Shown here piece after piece: positions 1 through 12,863 of a DNA stretch of 64,000 nucleotides. The position numbers and the translations under genes are program-made. The stretch is from contig JAYWIR010000027.1 of assembly GCA_036172245.1 (NCBI GenBank), positions 1,178,001-1,242,000 on the forward strand, given 5' to 3'. The notes beneath the pieces were generated by a model that saw only the letters and a program-made list of their open reading frames with translations, had not been told where the DNA came from and did not search any database. The stretch is from Raillietiella orientalis. Lineage: Eukaryota. The first letter of the stretch is position 1, and every line of letters starts with the position of its first letter.

Positions 1-3000
1 CACATCTTAGTTTCAGCTCAGAATTATTATTCCCCTGAAAATTTTCTACCCTTCCTACTCGATTTTTGAGGTTGCAACCCTGAAAACCTCACGGCACACT
101 TTCGCACTGCCATTGACCACAAAAGCTTCCCAATGATGACCCAACACACCCCTGGCACGGACGATGCACGGTGAGAAGTGAACTTGAGCATTCCCGATGC
201 CGTGTTCTCACCGACGACGGGACTGCAGGGAACACGAACCAGACCTTCGCAGCAGGAAAGGGAACGACCGCCTGTTGAAAATCGACTTCTGAGGCGTCCT
301 GTCCAACGGCCGTTGAGGGGTCAAGTCGGAAGTTGGGCAGTACGTTTAAAGCTGCCTCGAAACATCCACTGGAAGATTCTTGCATCTCGCGTGGCAATGC
401 CGGTTAGAAAGCGTCGCAGTTGCACGTGCATCTCTGATGCGGGCGAAAGCGGCTCGAGCAGCATAGATGGCAATTGTACACGGAAGGGAAGTCCCCAATC
501 GCATTTTTGCGTTCCTCCCTCCACTCCCAACAGTGGTGGAGCTTCACTGGAAAACACTTTTAACAGGAATAACTTGTTCCTTCCTGCATGCTTTACGTGA
601 TAAATAATGACGATTAGATGGATGCTATCGTTTATTTATTTTCCTTGAAGGGAGCTTTCAAAACAAGCAAAATGTCAACATGTGGGTTTGGAGGCTTTCT
701 CTCCAGGAAGTAAGGGTCCTGATGAAGCATAAATTAAGAAAGCATCTGCATTCCTCACATGCAAACAAGGGAAAGAAAAAAAAGATTATGTACTGTGAAT
801 TGCACTCCAGAGAATGAGATTCCGGAAAACACCACACGCCCGTGGGAGCGATGGCAAAGGGCCGACGAGAAAGTAGATTTTCCCGTCAGCTGCCAGAAAA
901 TCAAATTACTGAATGAACGAAGCAGGAGTTCATCATGTAAGGTTTTTCCGGAGGCACGAAACTACCACAAGAAGCGGCCGTAAAAGCGCTATCGATTCAC
1001 GGAACCGTCCATTGCGAAGACGTGCGACACGACAACGGACGCATACGACGACGGGGTCACGCGAGCACACGCAGGCCGCGGTCGCTTCGGGGCCGATTTC
1101 TTGCAAGGTGTTCCCCATTTGAGCGCGGAGATCCCTCGCCATTGCAAGGCAGTCCTCGCACGACCACCAAAAGTACGAGCACCGGCAGAGGCTGGAAGTC
1201 GAAAGAAATTCCACGGTTGGTTGTTGTTGCTTTTTTCCTGGAAGTGCATGAAGCCGCTGCAAGAAGAACGAGGAGGAGGCGGCAGGGAGAGATCTGGGCG
1301 ATGCGGCACAGTGGTCGTTCTGCTGAGACTTCCTTTAGGAGAATCTGCGAGCTCGGCGGATGCGTTCACCTCTCGCGGCGCCGCAGCACTCACTGCCGTT
1401 ATGTCCCTCTTTGCAGGATACGAAGGACCAATCCGCCAGCGGAGCAAAAACAACCGAAACCCTAAATCGCTGAACGTTCCCGTTTCGTCGGTGGAGTGAG
1501 GAACAGTGGGGAGGGTTCAAAGGATCATCAAGATGGGGACGAGGAGATGATATTCGGAAACCGAGCGCTAAATTGAGATGCTCCAAGGCGAGGAATCACG
1601 ATCTAGCGCTCTCTTGCTGACTCCACCGCACGCCACGGGACTCGAAGAGACATGGAAAGGGGGATACTTCGTTGCTGCCACACTGTGCACCGTATTTACC
1701 CTCAAGCGCTGATGACGAAGCCGGCTGAACGAAACACTCCATGTCTAAAACCTGTGGCGTGCATTCGAGGCCGTTGCCGTGGCAGCTGCTGCCCTGATAA
1801 GCGAGCCGCCATCCAAATGCAAGCTGCCCCTCTGGCTAGATGGGATTGGAAGTAAACTTCCAGGACTCAGAATCAAGGCTTCGGTTCCCTTTGGGGTTCC
1901 CTTCTGGTTGTGAAACTGGAACCGTCCTCCCCCTCGGGAGGGGGGGGGGGAATCCTCCATCGCAAACCATGAAACCGGTTGATACCTCCCTTGAGGGACT
2001 GCCTCTCCAAAGCTCAAGAAGCACTCTGCTCCCTTCGGGGAGAGCCCTTCTGGGGAATTGGGAAGTCGTTTCGGGGTTCTCTTCGAACGAGGAAACAAGG
2101 AGCGGATCCTTTCCAAGTTCCCTTCAGAGAAGAAATGAGGAGTGGCCGTCTCCGGGCGGTCCCTCCACTGAGGGAATAAGGAAGAGCTGGTTCCCTTCGT
2201 GGTTACCTCTCAAGCGTAAGAGGAACGGACTCCTTCTTACGGAGCCCTCCTGGAGCTCCTTCATAGGATGGTCCCTCCCGGAGTTGTCCGTTGACTTGGA
2301 AGAATTAACACGCACTCCCAGGTGGCGTGGACAGTGTTGAAGAGCTTCCTCGGACCCCCTAAGGAGGCGAACGGTACTTTGAGTACCCTTCCCAAAAAAA
2401 AACCGAAAAAAAAGTCTGAAAGGGGAGCAGCAAAAGCAAAAGAAACCGGAAGGCTTTCCGTCATTCCATTGAACCCTTCCTTGCCTCAGTGCTGGCCCTT
2501 TCTGAGGGACGCGAGGGACAGCGTATTCCCGGCAAGGTAGCAAATGAATTGCTGCATGGAAGCAAAAACGAAACTTCTGGGTGGGTGGACAACTCGGGAG
2601 GTCACGGACTCTGTGACCCCGAGTGTCCCACCCCAAGGACTTCTACGCTGAAGAGGGCTGCTCGACATCCCTCCGGAGGAGGCGAAGTGATCCCAGCGCG
2701 TTGGAACGGTGGCTCCCTCCTCTTCGAGGGGCGGAAGTCGGTGTACCACACCAATGTATTTTTATCGCTTTACGTATGAAATGCCCCGGCATGACCAGGT
2801 GATGACCTTCCTGTTGAACGCGGCTTCTCTGCTCTGGGAATCGGCGTCTGTAGGCCGCCCCGTCCGCGCGGGGCCCGGACTCCGCGCGTAAAGACAGACG
2901 AGCGGCACGTCCGAGGCTCTAACTTCCCGCTCAGCTGTAGCGGGGGTTCCAGGCCGGCCCTCCGACCTCACGGCTGTGGATTGCCCACGTGCAAACGGGG

Positions 3001-4503
3001 ACCTGACCTGACCTGACTCGTGACTCGCCTCGGCACGTGGCACCCGGAAAGCGACTCAACGCTCCCTGGAGGATGAATCCCATGGAAGCGAGCAGGGCGT
3101 TTGGGAAAGATGATGTGGACAGAGTCCAGTTCACCCGTCCGGAGATACATCAGAAGCGTCGGGCAGGCCACTTCCAGCTTGCTCGAATGGGAGCGCCGGG
3201 AAGAAGGGCCGCCGGTCCCCGACATCCTGTTCGTACTCGCCCCCTCCCCAATCCCCCTAAAGGGCATTCCGTTTCGCATGCTTTTCAGGGTGACCACGTA
3301 CGTCGATCCGGGTGAGCGCAGGCAGGAGCGGAGGACCGCGACCCCACTCCTGAGCCGTGCGGTGCAGACAAGGGAACCGTGCCTGCCCAGGCTCCCGGGA
3401 GCAGTCATGCTGGGCCGCGAGGGAGGGTTTTCCCTATCGGAAGGCGCTCGCGGATCAGCGCAGCTTCGGTCGGGGCCATGGAAAAGCGTCTTCCCATCTC
3501 GCGTTTCAGAAGGCACTGCACGGACTCGGAAAATTCCGAAGAGAGGATCCCTTTCGTCGTAGACGTTGCACCGTGCGCGTGCTGGACGACGAAGAGAACT
3601 GGTGCGATTCACCGAGTCAGCTTGGAGGCACCCGTCTTCGGAAAGAGGGGGGTGGGGGGAAGAAGCGACGAGTCCCGTTCATCTAGGTCGGAAAAAAATT
3701 TCGAAAAGCAGCGAAGGAACCAAAGGTCCGCCACTTTTCGAAATGAGATCCTGGAGGGGAAGGCATCTCAGGGATGCCACGATCCCTACGGGCGAAACTG
3801 ATTTCCTCCCTGCTGCTGATTTTTCCCTCTCGTGCGCGGCGAAGAAGTGTCAGCAACGAGAGGGAGAACGCGACCACGGGAGGAGGGGTTTCCGGGGTCG
3901 TCTGCCTCCCTCCTCTCCTCGCCCCGCCTCTCTTCGTGGATGGGCTGCCCCTGGATCTGTCGGTCATATCCCGGACGCCAGGCGCCACCAGACGGGGTGA
4001 GCAAAGCGGGCCGACCCCCCTCCCCTTCCTGCTCTTAGGGAGGATCGCGTGTCCAGGAACGGAAGCAGTTCGCGCACAGCCTTGGACGCGCCGCGGGCTC
4101 ACCGGCTCCGTGAAGCTCTCCGATTTGGGCACCCCGCAGATCAGCTCGCATTTCAGATGAACGGGTATTCTTCTAGCTGGGATGGATGCGGGGAAGCTGC
4201 GCGTAGATAATGTTCTCTAGGAGTGGAGGTAATTCTCGGAGCTCACCTATTCGTGAAAGAAGAAAGAAGGAAACCTTGGCGCTCGGATGGCAACGCTGCT
4301 GGGGCTTGTGTTGTAAAAACAATAAACACACATGTGTAGGGCCATCGTCCCTACAACGTCCGAAAGAGTTCGGGACCTGCCGAGTAACCGGCACGCAGGC
4401 CGGCGAGGTTCGCCTCGGCAGCAGTGGGGGAGGGGACAAACAAGAATGGAAATATAAACAAAAACACTGTGTACAAAAAAAAATGAGAAAGTTAGGGAAG
4501 GGA

Positions 4504-6560
4504 TCACCAGGATCTGGAAGGAGTCCTCTGCATCCTTTCCAGGATGCAGGCAAGTTCCATCCGAGTATGCCCCAGGAGGGGCCATCTTGCTGCCATCCGC
4601 AGGAAGCGCGGATCGAAGCAGATCGCGTCTCTATCACACCGTCCTTCTCCACTGCCGTCGCTCCAGGTCGCCAAAATTCCACGTAGGCAGCAAAGAGCTG
4701 CTGAGGATACGTCAGGCGAAAGGTCATCGCGCACGAAGAGGCGTTTCATCACGTCCCTGGGATTGTCCGTCACTGTACCAAGGGCCGTTGAGTGGAGCAA
4801 CCACAGGGGCCGGAGGGCAACGCAGTCTACGAGCAGGTGCAGGATCTGAGATTCCCGTTCCCCGCACCTGTAGCAGTTGGGGTCCACAGTTCCACAGGTC
4901 CAGTGGGAGAGGCGGGCGTCGCACGGGAGACCCCAGTGCAACAGCAGAAGTGCTGACTCCTGCCACTTCAGGGGAAGAGTCCGGCTATTCTTCAGGACTG
5001 GGACCCACTCGAGGTCTTCGTGTAGGATTCCCAGCAGCTCACCGCAGCGCAATAGTCCCTTCGGTGAGATACTTGAGGTCGCAGCGTCCGTGATCTGATC
5101 CGTGGTCCAACCACCTAATTCCTTCTCTTTCCCGAAAATTTCGCAACGGACCTCCCATTTGGCCGGCTGACTACTGCCCAGGTGCTCCTTGAGATAGGGA
5201 AGAGCCGCGGCTAGGGAGGTCCTTTCTGCCCACGCACGCGTGGTGCGCCGCACGATGAGGTCCTGCAGCGAGCAGTTGTTGTAGAAGGAGTGCAGCAGTC
5301 GCCGCCGCATCTCCGGGCTCTCTTCCTTGTTCTGGACCCATGTGCAAACGATTTCCTGCAACCAGGCACTGCCGTTCGCGGGCCGGCAGAGGATCCAGGT
5401 GTTCGTCCTGATCACTTTGGTCACTCGCCGGAGCTCCAGACCGCAGCGGGCTACGTTGCGTCAGCGCCGCCACGCCCGGAGCGAAGAAGGTCCCGCGTAG
5501 CCGGTGGCTTGCTTGACCAGGTATCATGCGGGCTCGCACCAGTTTGTGCTCCAAAACTTCGCCACTAGGGCGAGCGTCCTCCACTGGACCTGCCGCCGCA
5601 GGCGCTCCAGCGTCAGAAGAATGAGGCTTCCGTCGCGACTAGCAGCTCACAAGTCCTTCAGGCGGACTCGGGACCTCCTTGCTCCCCACAGGGCTATTCT
5701 CAGGAGGTCCTTCGTCGGCCTCTTTATGCTTCTTGGTAAGGAGCAAACAAAAAGCAGGGAGCGGAAGAGGGAGGCCATGAACGCTGCTGGTGGCGATCCA
5801 TCGGAGACGCGTGAGCGACCAGGAAGGATCGCGTCGCTTTCGTTTCTAAAAACAGGGGACAGGGAAGAACGCGAGAGGGGAGACAGTGAAGCCGGGGACG
5901 ACGGGGGGATTAGCGGTAGCTCAAGAACGCCCCAACGGGATGGAAGCACACAGCCCTCCCCTTCCCCGTCACGAACCCATGGCGTCCGCTCGAGCTGCAA
6001 AGAAGCGCTGGAGGCGAGCCATCGACTTGGAGATGAGTCGACGTCACGATGATCTGCCAACGACACGGAGATGACCCGACGACCTGCCTGGCCAATGCAA
6101 AGAAAAGGGGGGGGCAAGAGGGGGGCTGGAAGTTGCCCTGATCCCGCCAAACAGTCGCATCCCGAAGAGTACCGCTTATCTCCGCGCACGGAGTGCGGGC
6201 TTGGCGCAGGCAGAGCAGTCTCCAGGTACCGGGTCTCCGAGCAGAGGAGCCCGGTCCAACAAACTGAGGTTCTCTCCTTTTCGGATGGCAACTTGCGTCA
6301 GGGAGGCAGCTGCCATGGCAGCGCCTCGAGTGCATGAGACAGATTTCAGATTACGGAGTGTTTCGTTTAGGTCGGCTTCTTTTTAGGAAGAGCAGCCCCG
6401 AGTTTGTGCGGATGCCCTCATCGGGCGCTCGTCGGTGGCTGTTCGAATCCATCAAGGCCTGCCCAGGCTGGACTTAGAAAGAGGAGGCCAGCACATTCGA
6501 GGCGTTGTATAGGAAAATGAAGACCAGGTGGGACTGAGGAACTGCTGAGACAGGGAAAGC
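4504..6560 (-). mobile_element. Degenerate non-LTR retrotransposon ORF2 (L1/Tx1-like): RT remnants plus C-terminal zf-RVT
   Basis: C-x2-C-x8-H-x4-C knuckle CYRCGERESQILHLLVDC at 4875-4822, preceded by LLHWGLPCDARL. Upstream are frameshifted RT-like remnants (QG..PPLFFALA near 6100-6145, SLADH near 6050, SRDGSLILLTL near 5620). Boundaries are approximate and the element may extend to ~7200. Confidence 0.75.
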
Positions 6561-8826
6561 TGGATAGGACGGTGTAGTGGCACTGCTGACGAAGACCGAG
6601 AAAAACTGATCCTAGGAACGCACCCAACCAGCGGCAAAAGACGGCCGACGCGCACATCCATCCTGGACCTACGAACACTGGACCACGCCAGGAAGGGAAA
6701 ACCTGGTGAAGAAGGGAATTTGAACGCCAGAAACTGCAGGAAGGTGCGTGCGACAGCACTCCAGCCGCTTGCTTTTCGTAACCGGAAATGATGGGACAGC
6801 ATTGTCTGGCACGACGGTCGCAGCGGGAACCCACTCTGGAAAGCGGAAAAGGCGCGCGGTGCACGTGTGAACTTTAGGGAATGCGAGCGGACAGTGTTTT
6901 TTTTTGCACATGTTGGTAGCAAAGACAAAACCGCCCCCTGGGGCTCGCGCACCGGAGAAGAACGCAGCGAGGAACGCCACAACCGTCCCTCACTTCGAGG
7001 CACAGAGACCAGCAGCGCCCGCCCACCAGGTGGTAAGGAAGATTTTTGTCGCGCGCACCTCCTTCCAAGAGAGAGCGCGCCCCTGCGGCTCCCACCCGTT
7101 TTTTTTTTTTTTTTTTTATCCTGAAAATACGCTCTCACTTTTTCCGCCTGTTTTTCCCTGGAATGGAGGAATCGGAGCGCTTCGCGTTGTGTTAAGCTGC
7201 CACCTCGAAAGGCCGCCGCACAGCCCGAGATCCGCGAACCGCAGCTCAGCGAAAGACCACTCCTCCTCAATAAGGCACTGTCCTTATTCAGTTTATGTTT
7301 TCCTGTGCCAGAGGACCACCCGACTGAGCTGTGCACGCTGGCCATTTCCTTTCTCTTCCACGAAATTTGATGATTTATTAGTCCATCTTAAGGGCTGCGC
7401 ATGTTTTCCGGTTGTGTAACTGCAAGCGTGATACAGATTGGTATTGATTTTCCTCGAAATTCCGCTTCCCAAGATGATCTTCCAAAATGTTTGCAGGCAA
7501 AGTGCGTTACAATGAGATGTGCCTGAAATGGAAGAACACTGTTTGTGCAGAAAGGCAGGTCTCCATGGCTGCATCGTTACAGTAAGTGTTTGTTTCGTCT
7601 TTGTTTCGAAGAATTAATTCCGTTTTAAGAGCCGGTATTTCGAGTAGTCGCCCGTTTCACGACCGCATCTCGGTACATTCGCTTGTCTGCGCGTCCCCCA
7701 ATTGCTACCGAGGCTTTTTACGAGCACACCTTTACTTCGTCCGCACACACAAAAACCACCGCGGCCATTTCCGACCCACGGATGGCTCAGCACACGTGCG
7801 TTGCGTGCCGGGTGAGCTCTGCTCGCGGTGGCTACGATGAGCACGTATGCGACGCGCGTGAGAGTCACGTGAACTCACGTGAAGCGTTCCTCTCGAAGAA
7901 GACTCCTCCTAGCGGTCCGGAGAGAGGAAGAAGAACGCCCAAGGCTATCCAAAACCGCGGACCTCTTTCAGCCCAAGTAATTGGTGAGATGCTTGCCCGA
8001 AAGCGAGAACTCGTCTCCCGAAGGGAAGCGCACTCGCTATGGTGGTTTTTCAAAGACAGCGTGATTCGACAGGGACGGGTCAGAAGTTCAGTCGACACGT
8101 TTGTGGCGAGGCTCCCTTGCTTGCTTCAAGGGGGACAACACCGGAGGGAGAGAGCAAAAACTAGATCACCCTTCTGAAACAGCCCTTTCCAGAAATAACA
8201 CGCACGATCGTCACTAAAGCAAGCCGCCGCTCGCATGTTCACGAGATCGGTTTTCGTTGCTCTTTCCACTCCTCGACGATCTTGCACGGGGTCGCCATCT
8301 CACGTAGGAGGTCAGGGTCCGACCGAGCGAAACCCTTCCAGGAAACGCGTCCTGTGATCTGGGCAACGTGGCATTCGTCCTTTCGACGTACGGAGGGACA
8401 GTCACCAGCTTAAGGCAATGAGAGAGTTGTCACAGGCGAAACGCGGGGCTTTGCCGCTCCAGGCGAACCTGCGGTTCCTTCCAGCGGCCCTGCACCTCGC
8501 GAGTTGGTCGGAAAAGAAAATCTGATCAGGCCCCTGGTTTCAGTCACCGGGAATTCACCGTTCGTTCGGCTGCTTCCGGTCCGTTCGGCATCCCCTTTTA
8601 TGGCATGCCCTGATCGAATCCACCCGCTCGAAATGAGAATTCTCCCGTTTCCCATTCTCATGTTGATGTGCAGTTTACCTCGAATCCAAACTTCCGGGAG
8701 CTGAGGTCCTGACAGGGAACTTGGTTCCTAGGGATGGGAACGTACTCCAAAGAGATCGACTGACGCTGTGTCACTTGCTTTGCAGGACTGCTCATCGTCA
8801 AAATGAAACATCTGTAATTTGTCCCC

Positions 8827-8955
8827 ATGATTTCCAAAGGAAACGCGCCTGTTAACAAAACGGATGAGCTGAAACGGAAATGGTTCGGTATCAGAAGCTA
8901 TCATTATCAGTTTTACGACAAGGCGGAAAGGAAACCCAGAGATAAAAGTACTCAG
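8827..8955 (+). CDS. NRSN1: Neurensin-family vesicular membrane protein, coding exon 1 (43 aa)
   Basis: MISKGNAPVNKTDELKRKWFGIRSYHYQFYDKAERKPRDKSTQ contains the neurensin N-terminal motif (FG[VI]RSYxxxFY). An in-frame TAA at 8815-8817 fixes the ATG. Ends CAG|GTAAC, phase 0. Confidence 0.85.
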
Positions 8956-10967
8956 GTAACAACGGTGCTTCTGAAAGAGTGGCTAGCACAGATCACGTGG
9001 CGGGAGGAGGCTCGAGATGCGTAGAGCGCAACTTAATGAAACATTCCACATCTCAAATAATCACGAAAGACCTATTAGGGCGAGTTGCAACCCCCCTACT
9101 TCTCATGGACTCTCTGGCGTGTGACGTACGAAAGGAATTCGTCGCCAGTGCACAGGGAAGCGACGACACGTGTTTTTTTTTTTTTTTTTTTTTTTTTTAC
9201 GAGTTCAGCGTTTCAGTGTAAACAGCGCGTTCCTCGTTTCGGTTTACGTGCAGCAAGCACGTCTCTTGGGAAGATCAAAAGGCGAAAACGGCCGCTAAAC
9301 TCCTTGAGCCCCGAGCAGGGGAAGAGTACCACTCGACCCGGAGACTCTCCCATGCAAAGCACACGAAAACACCGACCGCCCCCGGAGGGCGAAAGCAAAG
9401 GAAAGACAAGAAATGGAGGAAAAAACACCGGGATTCATCAAATTCGCAGGCGAGCTATGGGGACGCTCGACTTCCGGAGTCCGCCTACGACAGCAGAGCT
9501 TCCGGGAACGAAGCACGCGCGCTCCTTGGGAACACGTCAAAGGCGAATGCGCTGTCCGGATGGAACGAATGGCAACCTGGAGATCTCGTGGTGGGGTGCC
9601 TTCTCCGTTTTGCTCACCTACCATGGGAAAGGATGATGCAAGTGGAACGGAGGGCGGGTGGTTCGGCGAGTCTCAAGAGAAGTGGACAGAAGTGGCAGAG
9701 AGCTTTCTTCGCGACCGCAAGGTCTGAGAAGGATATGCTGAAAAGGGGCGCTGTGTTGGGAGAGAGGAGTGTGTGTGTGTGTGTGGATGGGGGGGGGGAG
9801 TAGGAGAAGCGAGTAGGAAAACACGCAAATTCGACAACGATTCGGGGTCGGCAAATATTCCATTATCAAAGTGGGGTTGATGTGTGCGCGTCGTAACTAT
9901 AGTAACGAACGGCTGCGCTGTTTCGGGCGTCCTCAGGGCGAGGCGGACCGAGGCGTAGCGTTCCGCGGCACGCGTTTGCTTACGTCGGTGACGTCGCCAT
10001 GGCGGTGGAACAACTGGAAACACGTCTGGAGTGCAGAGTTTCTTCACGGCTTGAGATTTACACGGCTCCCCCGAATTACGTGGAAGGGCACCATGCAGAG
10101 GATTCCCTCTGAAGCATTTCCAGGCCCCAGGAATTTTCGCGCTGCCGGGATGCCGTGTGACGGCGTGTCAGGGATACGTATATGTCGTATCCTCGATTCG
10201 TCCGTGGCGATCTGACTCATTTATAGGTGTGTCCTCATCAAGGTTTCTTCTTTGTTCTTGTCCATTAACAGAACAGTCCGTTTCCTGTTTTCGCAGTTTT
10301 TTTTTTTTTTTTTTTTTTTTTCGAATTTTCATTTTCAAGTCAGTCGGAACGGCCTGCATGTTTCCTCCGCCGCTTCGCGCCGGGCGCTCGTGAACGGCGG
10401 CCGCGTGCCTGCAGGGGTACCAACGTGCAGCAACGTCCTAAAGGAAGCGGAAATAAGGGTGCGGCACTCGGTTCTTGCGGATGAGCTGAACACAGCAGCG
10501 CAGGAGGAAGGCAGCTCGCTCGCCGAGTCCCACGAACCAGTGTGGAGATGTTGCTCAAGAATGTGGTTCTGGGGGACAGAAGAAGCTCCGGGGAGCAAGA
10601 GGAAAGCAGAGCGGTTCGTCGCTCTGCAAACCCGTCCATTTCCGAAGACCCGTCTGGATCCGTGGGCTCGGCGGCCTCAGAGTTCGAACCTGCCGTTCGG
10701 GTGAGGGTGAGGTCGCGGCGCGGGGTGCATGCCGATCCGAAAGAGAGTTCGAGGAAAGGCAGGAAAGGGGTGGGTGGACGGGGAGAATGAAAGAAACGTC
10801 TTGGTGCCAGCCTCCGGATGCAGAAGGCTTCCGTTTCTGGCCACCGTCTTCGCCGGGACCCAGACCACCCCTTGCTCCTCCTCCTCCTACTTTTCCCCCA
10901 TATTCTTCCTCCCTTTCCGACCTCTCTCCCGTCCTCTCCCACTCAAGTTGGTTTGTTCCTGACGTAG

Positions 10968-11408
10968 GATTATGAGGCTATGTATTTGTTCGAGCTCCGA
11001 AGCCACGAGAAGGTGAACCTGCTGGGCTTTCGGGCCGGGCTGTGGCTGGGGACCGCAGCCCTCCTTCTCGGGGCCCTGCTCTTCCTCGTCGGGACCTACG
11101 TCCGCAGGAAGGAGCCCATTGTGCGCCTGCGCGAGACTTTCGCCGTCCTGGACCGGCGCGCCCTGCTCTTCAACGGGAACCTGGAGCTCTGCATCGTCGC
11201 CGGCATGGTGCTGGTCCTGGCGGGCGTGCTGACCCTTGTCGGGACGCTGATGTTCCCCGTGGCGTGGCTGAGGAAGGGGAAGCGGGACTCCAAAAGAGCG
11301 CAAAAGACGGCCCAGAGGACTGTGCAGGCAGCTGTTACGGAGACACGGGGCTCGCTGCCTCTCAGCAGCAGGATCGAAGCGGTGCAGCCCGCGCCGGAGG
11401 GCCGCTGA
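10968..11408 (+). CDS. NRSN1: Neurensin-family protein, coding exon 2 (146 aa + stop; full protein 189 aa)
   Basis: Acceptor TAG at 10965-10967 after a pyrimidine tract, phase 0. Two hydrophobic helices (GLWLGTAALLLGALLFLVGTYV; LCIVAGMVLVLAGVLTLVGTLMF) flank the neurensin-type loop FAVLDRRALLFNGNLE; C-terminal SRIEAVQP motif. Confidence 0.88.
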   Translation, partial: DYEAMYLFELRSHEKVNLLGFRAGLWLGTAALLLGALLFLVGTYVRRKEPIVRLRETFAVLDRRALLFNGNLELCIVAGMVLVLAGVLTLVGTLMFPVAWLRKGKRDSKRAQKTAQRTVQAAVTETRGSLPLSSRIEAVQPAPEGR

Positions 11409-11477
11409 CTGCTCTGAAGGAGAAGGAAAGGCGCCGCGCCCCCAAGCAGAGCCCCAGAGGGCTTCCCCTCCACCTGA

Positions 11478-11483
11478 AATAAA
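11478..11483 (+). terminator. Polyadenylation signal of the neurensin gene
   Basis: AATAAA about 70 nt after the stop codon, in otherwise GC-rich sequence. Confidence 0.6.
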
Positions 11484-12344
11484 GAAAAGCCTTCGGGGTT
11501 GCGCACGAGACCACCCTGCTTTCTGTCTCGCAGACTCCTCGTGGCCGTGGACGGCCCTCTGGCGGCGAAGAACCCGCCGGCGTCCCTGCCATCGTGGTCT
11601 CCACCAGCGGCGCCTACTGCCAAAGGGCATTCGCTCTTCGGGAAGAGGGGAGTGCGTTAGGGGAGTGGGGAGGGAGGACTGCCCTCCCCGTTCGGAGGAG
11701 GAGGGCACCAAGGCTGCTGGAGGTTGTGGAACCCCCATCCTGGGGAGTCTACTCGGACAGGAACCGGAGGACTGGATCCCTTCCTCATCCATCGCTAGCG
11801 AAAGTCGACCTCTCGCATCGGGACGGCCGTGAGAGACGGGGCTGAGGGAGGGGGAAGGGAAGGCTTCTTTACAATACGGGTGCATCCAAGGCGTTGCCAC
11901 GGTGACGGAAGAGGCCCGTCTCCCCTGAAGCCATGAAAGAGGAAGGAGAAGGAAAGCGAGGCAGGGATGGGGTGCGTGAGGGCGATCGAGGTGGGGGGAG
12001 GAGACCCTCGAACTGCTCAGGGTGGGTCCTTCCTCCCGGTTCTCTGGACTCCTCCCAAGGAATGGGCGACACGAAAGGGAGGGCGCAGGCAAGGAGGAGG
12101 AGAAGCAGGAGACCGACGTCTTTATCCATGACCGGGAGTTCGCCAACTGGAGGAGGGCCGGCAAGCCTCCCCGAGCGCTAGTGGCAGGCTCTCAAGGACG
12201 TCTCTGTGGCTACCGAATCATCGTCATTTGCCCTTTCTACCCTCCTCCTCGTCGCCGCCACCACCGGAATCCCTGACATCGAGGTCTATCATCTTTTGCC
12301 CTCCCCCTCCTCCTCATCGCCACCTTCCTTCACCGGTGTCACCA

Positions 12345-12422
12345 GTCATCATCGTCGTCGTCGTCGTCGTCGTTGTCACCGTTGTTGTGGTCACCTTTGT
12401 CGTGGTCACCGTTGTCGTCGTT
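12345..12422 (+). repeat. Degenerate (GTC/GTT)n trinucleotide tract between the convergent genes
   Basis: CATCATCGTCGTCGTCGTCGTCGTCGTTGTC... visible directly. Confidence 0.8.
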
Positions 12423-12668
12423 CCTCAGTGTCTCGCCGCCGTCCCCCCAGTCCCTTCCCATCCACTTCCCTACCGCCATCACCCCTGGGCTCATCGTGGC
12501 GGGTTTTCTCTCCTCCCCCCTCCTCGCTGACTCTGTGGAGCAGTCCATGGGGCTGCTCAAGAGTGGGGCGAGGGCGTTTCCAGAGAAACGAGAGGGCGGC
12601 TCGAGCCAGGAGACTCCCCATCCCCCCCTCACCGAACGCCACCTCTCCCTCCGCCTCGGCCTCTGCTT

Positions 12669-12674
12669 TTTATT
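12669..12674 (-). terminator. Polyadenylation signal of the DPP10-like gene
   Basis: TTTATT on + (AATAAA on -), about 58 nt after the TGA at 12732-12734. Confidence 0.6.
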
Positions 12675-12731
12675 GTCGCCTGGAGACTTCCGTTGCCGGG
12701 CGGCCGCATCCTCTTGCCTGGCGGTGGGGGC

Positions 12732-12863
12732 TCATCGGCCGGCAGAGGAGAAGAAGGACTTGACAGGCTCGGAGTTGTTGAAGCAGCCGTCCCAGAAGCT
12801 CTCCATGGACAGATATAGGTGAGTTCTGACCTCCCTCAGGCTATGACCTTCGTCCGGATACAC
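12732..12863 (-). CDS. DPP10: DPP10-like exon 15 (terminal)
   Basis: cctag|VYPDEGHSLREVRTHLYLSMESFWDGCFNNSEPVKSFFSSAGR*; 132 nt. Confidence 0.93.
   Translation of the reverse strand: MYPDEGHSLREVRTHLYLSMESFWDGCFNNSEPVKSFFSSAGR

Noticed and set aside
2968..3612. Reeler/spondin-like phrase TYVVTLKSMRNGMPFRG on -
   Set aside because: No flanking splice sites or further motifs; it overlaps a better-supported plus-strand micro-exon candidate.
10887..12164. 425-aa minus-strand ORF
   Set aside because: Antisense shadow of neurensin exon 2 extended through GC-rich DNA; low-complexity P/S/R translation.
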